DNA of 64,000 nucleotides from an uncultured Candidatus Competibacteraceae bacterium (GTDB lineage Bacteria; Pseudomonadota; Gammaproteobacteria; Competibacterales; Competibacteraceae): NCBI GenBank assembly GCA_964597315.1, contig CAZQXD010000018.1, positions 1,678 to 65,677 of the forward strand, read 5' to 3'. Shown piece by piece: positions 60,369 to 64,000 of this stretch (position 1 is its first letter; each line of letters starts with the position of its first letter). The notes under the pieces were generated by a model. It saw only the letters and a program-made list of their open reading frames with translations, ran no database searches and was not told where the DNA came from. The position numbers and the translations under genes were made by a program.

Positions 60369-61589
60369 ATGGAGTCCGTCAGCTACGACATCGTCATCAA
60401 CGGCGGCGGCATGGTGGGCGCCGCCCTGGCCTGCGCCCTGGGGGATAGCCCATTGCGCGTGGCGGTGCTGGAGTCGCGTCGGCCCCAGCCCCTGAACCCC
60501 ACCGACCCGGCCGAGTTGCGGGTCTCGGCCATTGGCCGGGCCTCCCAGCGACTATTCGTGGCGGTGGGGGCCTGGGAGGCCATGACCGCCCAGCGGGTCA
60601 GCCCCTTCCGGGAGATGCGGGTCTGGGACGCCGGCGGAGCGGGTAGCATTCACTTCGACTGCGCCGAGATTGGCGAACCGGGACTGGGCTGGATTATCGA
60701 AAACCGGGCTATTCAGTGGGCCTTGCTGGATCGCTTGGAGGGCTTCCAAAATGTGGACCTATTGTGCCCAGCGGCCCTGGAGGAGTGCCGTATCCAGGAC
60801 CACCGAGTGGAACTGGGCCTCGCCAGCGGTCGGCGGCTGTCCACCCGGCTGCTGGTGGGGGCCGACGGGGGCGGCTCCCGGGTGCGGACCCTGGCCGGCA
60901 TCGCCACCCGGGGCTGGGATTACAGCCAGAAGGGGGTGGTCTGCGTCGTGGCCACGGAACTACCCCATCAGGAGACCGCCTGGCAGCGGTTTCTGCCCGG
61001 CGGGCCGTTGGCTTTTCTGCCCCTGGCCGACGGCCGTTGCTCCATCGTCTGGTCTACCGGCCACGGCCACGCCGAAGATCTGCTGGCCCTGGACGACGCC
61101 GCCTTCGCCCAGGCTTTGGGGGATGCCTTCGACCACCGCCTGGGGGGCATCATCGGGGTCGGTCCCAGGGCCGCCTTTCCACTGCGGCTGCAACACGCCA
61201 TGGCCTATACCCGGCCCCGGGTGGCCCTGGTGGGAGACGCCGCCCATGTGGTCCATCCCCTGGCCGGACAAGGGGTGAATCTGGGCCTGCTGGACGCCGC
61301 AGCCCTGGCCGAGGTGCTGCTGGATGCGGTTCGGGACAAGCGCGACCCCGGGTCGCTACGGGTGCTGCGCCGCTATGAGCGCTGGCGCAAGGGGGAGAAT
61401 GTCATGATGCTGGCGGTGATGGACGGCTTCAAGCGGCTGTTCGGCAATCCCCTGCCGCCGGTGGCCTGGTTGCGTAATCTGGGGTTGGGGCTGACGGATG
61501 CCGCTGCCCCCCTCAAGCACCGGATCATCCGTCGGGCCATGGGCCTGAGCGGCGATCTGCCCCGGCGAGTCCGCGCCGACCCGAACTAG
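60369..61589 (+). CDS. ubiI: FAD-dependent ubiquinone biosynthesis hydroxylase UbiI/VisC-like
   Basis: DIVINGGGMVGAALA...VGDAAHVVHPLAGQGVNLGLLD... It is the paralog following ubiH. Confidence 0.83.
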   Translation: MESVSYDIVINGGGMVGAALACALGDSPLRVAVLESRRPQPLNPTDPAELRVSAIGRASQRLFVAVGAWEAMTAQRVSPFREMRVWDAGGAGSIHFDCAEIGEPGLGWIIENRAIQWALLDRLEGFQNVDLLCPAALEECRIQDHRVELGLASGRRLSTRLLVGADGGGSRVRTLAGIATRGWDYSQKGVVCVVATELPHQETAWQRFLPGGPLAFLPLADGRCSIVWSTGHGHAEDLLALDDAAFAQALGDAFDHRLGGIIGVGPRAAFPLRLQHAMAYTRPRVALVGDAAHVVHPLAGQGVNLGLLDAAALAEVLLDAVRDKRDPGSLRVLRRYERWRKGENVMMLAVMDGFKRLFGNPLPPVAWLRNLGLGLTDAAAPLKHRIIRRAMGLSGDLPRRVRADPN

Positions 61590-61609
61590 CATTCGTCCAG
61601 GGAGCCTCC

Positions 61610-63007
61610 ATGCCATATCTCTTCGCCTTGTTGATGGGCTTCACGGGACTCTCCGCCATGGCCCAGGAACTCCTCACCACCCCCGAGGACCGAGAAGCCC
61701 TATCCCTGACCGTGTACAGCGACGACCTGGCCCTAGTGCGGGACCGGCGCCGGGTACGGATGCTGAGCGGGCAGATTGACCTGGCCTTCACCGGCATCAG
61801 CGCCCGGATTCGCCCCGAGACCGCCCGGTTGTACAGCGATAGCCCGGTCAAGGTGCTGGCCCAGAATTTCGACTACGCTCTGCTCACCCCCCAGTCCTTG
61901 CTGGAAAAGGCCGTGGGCCGGGAGATCCAGGTGGCCCGCATCGACCCGGTCAGCGGCGAGCAACAGCGCCTGGACGCCACCGTATTGGCGGTGACCGACG
62001 GCCAGACGGTATTTCGCATCGGTCCCCGGATCGAGACCTCCGGTCCCCTGAGTCCCTGGCGCTTCATATTCAATGAATTGCCCGAAGGCTTGCGGGAGCG
62101 GCCCACCCTGACCCTGGAACTGGACTCCCCCAGGGGCGGAGAGCAAGCCCTGGAACTGGTCTACCTCAGTCGCGGCCTGTCCTGGCGGGCCGATTACCTG
62201 GCCACCCTCAACGCCGCCGAGGACGCCCTCAGCCTCACCGCCTGGGCCACTGTGGACAATCAGAGCGGTAGCGCCTATCCCCAGGCCCAGCTGCAACTGG
62301 TGGCGGGGCAGGTGAACCAGCTTCCCCAGGAACCGCCGCCGCCTCCGGGCATGGTTCGCATGGCCATGGCGTCTGCCCCGGAGGACGCCATGGCCTCCGA
62401 GACCCTGTTCGAGTACCCACTCTACACCCTGGAGCGGCCAGTGACCCTGGCCGAGCGCCAGAGCAAGCAAGTGCTGATGTTCGAGACCGGCCCGACGCCC
62501 GTAAGCCGCCGCTACCGGGTCCAGGCCCTGCCGGCTTATTACGGCCTGCAACCGGGTATCCAGGAACTGCCGGTGACTACCCTGCTGCACCTGGAAAACC
62601 GCAAACCCCAGTTGGGCCGCCCCCTGCCCGCAGGCGCCCTGCGGGTGTATCGCCACGACGCCGAAGGCCGGGTCCAGTTCGTGGGCGAACAGGCCATCGG
62701 CCACACCCCTGAGGGCCGGGAACTGGAAGTGGCCTTAGGCGGGGCCTTCGAGATCACCGCGCGCCGTCGCCAGACCGACTACAAGCAGCCCAGCCGGGAG
62801 AGCAGCGAGGCGGCCTTCGAGCTGGAACTGCATAACGCCAAGGCCGAGGCGGTGGCGGTGGAGGTGCTGGAAACCCTGGGCGGGGACTGGCGGATTGTCC
62901 AGGAAAGCCATCCCCACCGCCGCCAGACCGCCAGCCAGGTGACCTGGACCGTCAATGTACCGGCCGGGGGCAAGGCCACCCTGAGCTATCGGGTCCGCAA
63001 CCGCTAG
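61610..63007 (+). CDS. DUF4139-like secreted protein
   Basis: Signal peptide MPYLFALLMGFTGLSAMAQE. Pattern ...LSLTVYSDDLALVRDRRRV...LSWRADYLATL...LSLTAWATVDNQSG...LQLVAGQVN... The family call is from memory. Confidence 0.6.
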   Translation: MPYLFALLMGFTGLSAMAQELLTTPEDREALSLTVYSDDLALVRDRRRVRMLSGQIDLAFTGISARIRPETARLYSDSPVKVLAQNFDYALLTPQSLLEKAVGREIQVARIDPVSGEQQRLDATVLAVTDGQTVFRIGPRIETSGPLSPWRFIFNELPEGLRERPTLTLELDSPRGGEQALELVYLSRGLSWRADYLATLNAAEDALSLTAWATVDNQSGSAYPQAQLQLVAGQVNQLPQEPPPPPGMVRMAMASAPEDAMASETLFEYPLYTLERPVTLAERQSKQVLMFETGPTPVSRRYRVQALPAYYGLQPGIQELPVTTLLHLENRKPQLGRPLPAGALRVYRHDAEGRVQFVGEQAIGHTPEGRELEVALGGAFEITARRRQTDYKQPSRESSEAAFELELHNAKAEAVAVEVLETLGGDWRIVQESHPHRRQTASQVTWTVNVPAGGKATLSYRVRNR

Positions 63008-63009
63008 CC

Positions 63010-63384
63010 ATGACCATGGAACTCTCCCTGGAGTTGTGCCGACTGGAGGACATTCCCGAGGGGGGCAGCAAGGGCGTGGCCCTGGACCCGGAGTCCGTCT
63101 ACGCCGATGTGCTGCTGGTGCGCCGGGAGGGGCGGGTCTACGCCTATCGCAATAGCTGCCCCCATACCGGCGCCCCCATGGAATGGCAGCCGGACCAGTT
63201 CCTGGACTATCGCGATCATTACATCCAGTGCGGCATCCACGCCGCCCTGTTCCGGGTGGAGGACGGTTTCTGTGTCCAGGGTCCCTGCGCCCGCCAGTCT
63301 CTGACGCCCTTGGCAGTGGTGGTGCGCGAGGGCCGGGTGCTGGCCCTGGAGGACCCTCGCCGCAAACGCTCCGAGCGGCGCTGA
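63010..63384 (+). CDS. Rieske (2Fe-2S) domain protein
   Basis: Cluster ligands are CPHTG...(N)...CGIHAALF, inside an ORF of about 124 aa. Confidence 0.8.
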   Translation: MTMELSLELCRLEDIPEGGSKGVALDPESVYADVLLVRREGRVYAYRNSCPHTGAPMEWQPDQFLDYRDHYIQCGIHAALFRVEDGFCVQGPCARQSLTPLAVVVREGRVLALEDPRRKRSERR

Positions 63385-63393
63385 GGGGGCCGG

Positions 63394-64000
63394 GTGGAGG
63401 GAGTCATCCAGGTCCAGGATCTAGCCAAGCACTATGGTCCGACGCGGGCCGTGGACGGCATCGATTTCGCCGTGCCCCAGGGCAGCGTCTGCGCCCTGCT
63501 GGGGGGGAACGGCGCCGGCAAGACCACCACCATCGCCATGCTGCTGGGCTTGCTGCTGCCCAGCCGGGGGCAGATCAGTATACTGGGGGAGGACATGCTG
63601 GCTCATCGCTACCGGGTTCTGCCCCGGATCAATTTTTCGTCTCCCTATGTGGACCTGCCCCAACGTCTCACTGTGGCCGAGAATCTGACCGTCTACGCCC
63701 GGCTCTATGGGCTGGCCCGGCCCCGGCGGCGGTTGCGGGAGCTGGGCCGGGATCTGGACATCGAGGGGTTTTTCAAACGCCCCTACCGTAGCCTGTCCTC
63801 TGGTCAGAGGACCCGGGTGGCCCTGGCCAAGGCCCTGCTCAACGAACCGGAGATCCTGCTGCTGGACGAACCCACCGCCTCCCTGGACCCGGACACCGCC
63901 GACCGCCTGCGAGGCTATCTGCAAGACTATCGCCGCCGCCACCACGCCACTTTGCTGCTGGCCTCCCATAACATGGGAGAGGTGGAACGGCTGTGTGATC
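63394..64000 (+). CDS. ABC transporter ATP-binding protein; 3' end runs off the right window edge
   Basis: Absent from the track because it is open at the window edge. My translation from the GTG at 63394 gives VEGVIQVQDLAKHYGPTRAVDGIDFAVPQGSVCALLGGNGAGKTTTIAMLLG... (Walker A). It continues to ...LSSGQRTRVALAKALLNEPEILLLDEPTASLD (signature and Walker B). Confidence 0.85.
   Translation, partial: MEGVIQVQDLAKHYGPTRAVDGIDFAVPQGSVCALLGGNGAGKTTTIAMLLGLLLPSRGQISILGEDMLAHRYRVLPRINFSSPYVDLPQRLTVAENLTVYARLYGLARPRRRLRELGRDLDIEGFFKRPYRSLSSGQRTRVALAKALLNEPEILLLDEPTASLDPDTADRLRGYLQDYRRRHHATLLLASHNMGEVERLCD

Overview
This is a GC-rich (judged by eye, not computed) gammaproteobacterial chromosome segment, probably Chromatiales/Ectothiorhodospiraceae-like (inference). 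Most of it is core housekeeping DNA in familiar syntenic blocks: speA; glnK-amtB plus an extra P-II gene and a second amt; a large NAD-glutamate dehydrogenase (gdhB); purC; djlA; rpe-gph-trpE-trpG-trpD-trpC; coq7; rplM-rpsI-tRNA-Gln; rpiA/ilvA; zapA-6S RNA-ygfA facing ygfB-pepP-ubiH-ubiI. Between these sit small accessory patches.

Accessory patches:
- an SF2 helicase plus NYN/OST-HTH gene pair at the left edge, beside a transposase relic
- a secreted DUF4331 / PEP-CTERM-like / TPR trio
- an orphan ArsS-like radical SAM gene facing a small HGWGAYPY-repeat protein
- a MarR / secreted protein / matrixin metalloprotease cluster
- IS-fragment debris after tRNA-Gln
- two repeat-rich secreted proteins, one a coiled-coil LysM protein

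Strongest observations:
1. trpE is cleanly interrupted by a 56-nt, AT-richer insertion bracketed by a 10-nt direct repeat. Removing it restores a perfect TrpE.
2. A signal-peptide protein is translationally coupled to a matrixin that lacks a prodomain. It may be a cognate inhibitor or partner.
3. An orphan intrinsic terminator with a GGA-rich structured segment lies upstream of creA, suggesting an sRNA.
4. A decayed alpha-glucan phosphorylase C-terminus is fused to the start of a GH13 gene.

I saw no CRISPR array, rRNA, intact IS or prophage. All family calls come from motif recognition on the supplied translations and my own reading of the sequence. No database search was run, and start codons are best guesses. 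The ORF track shows GTG and TTG starts as M.
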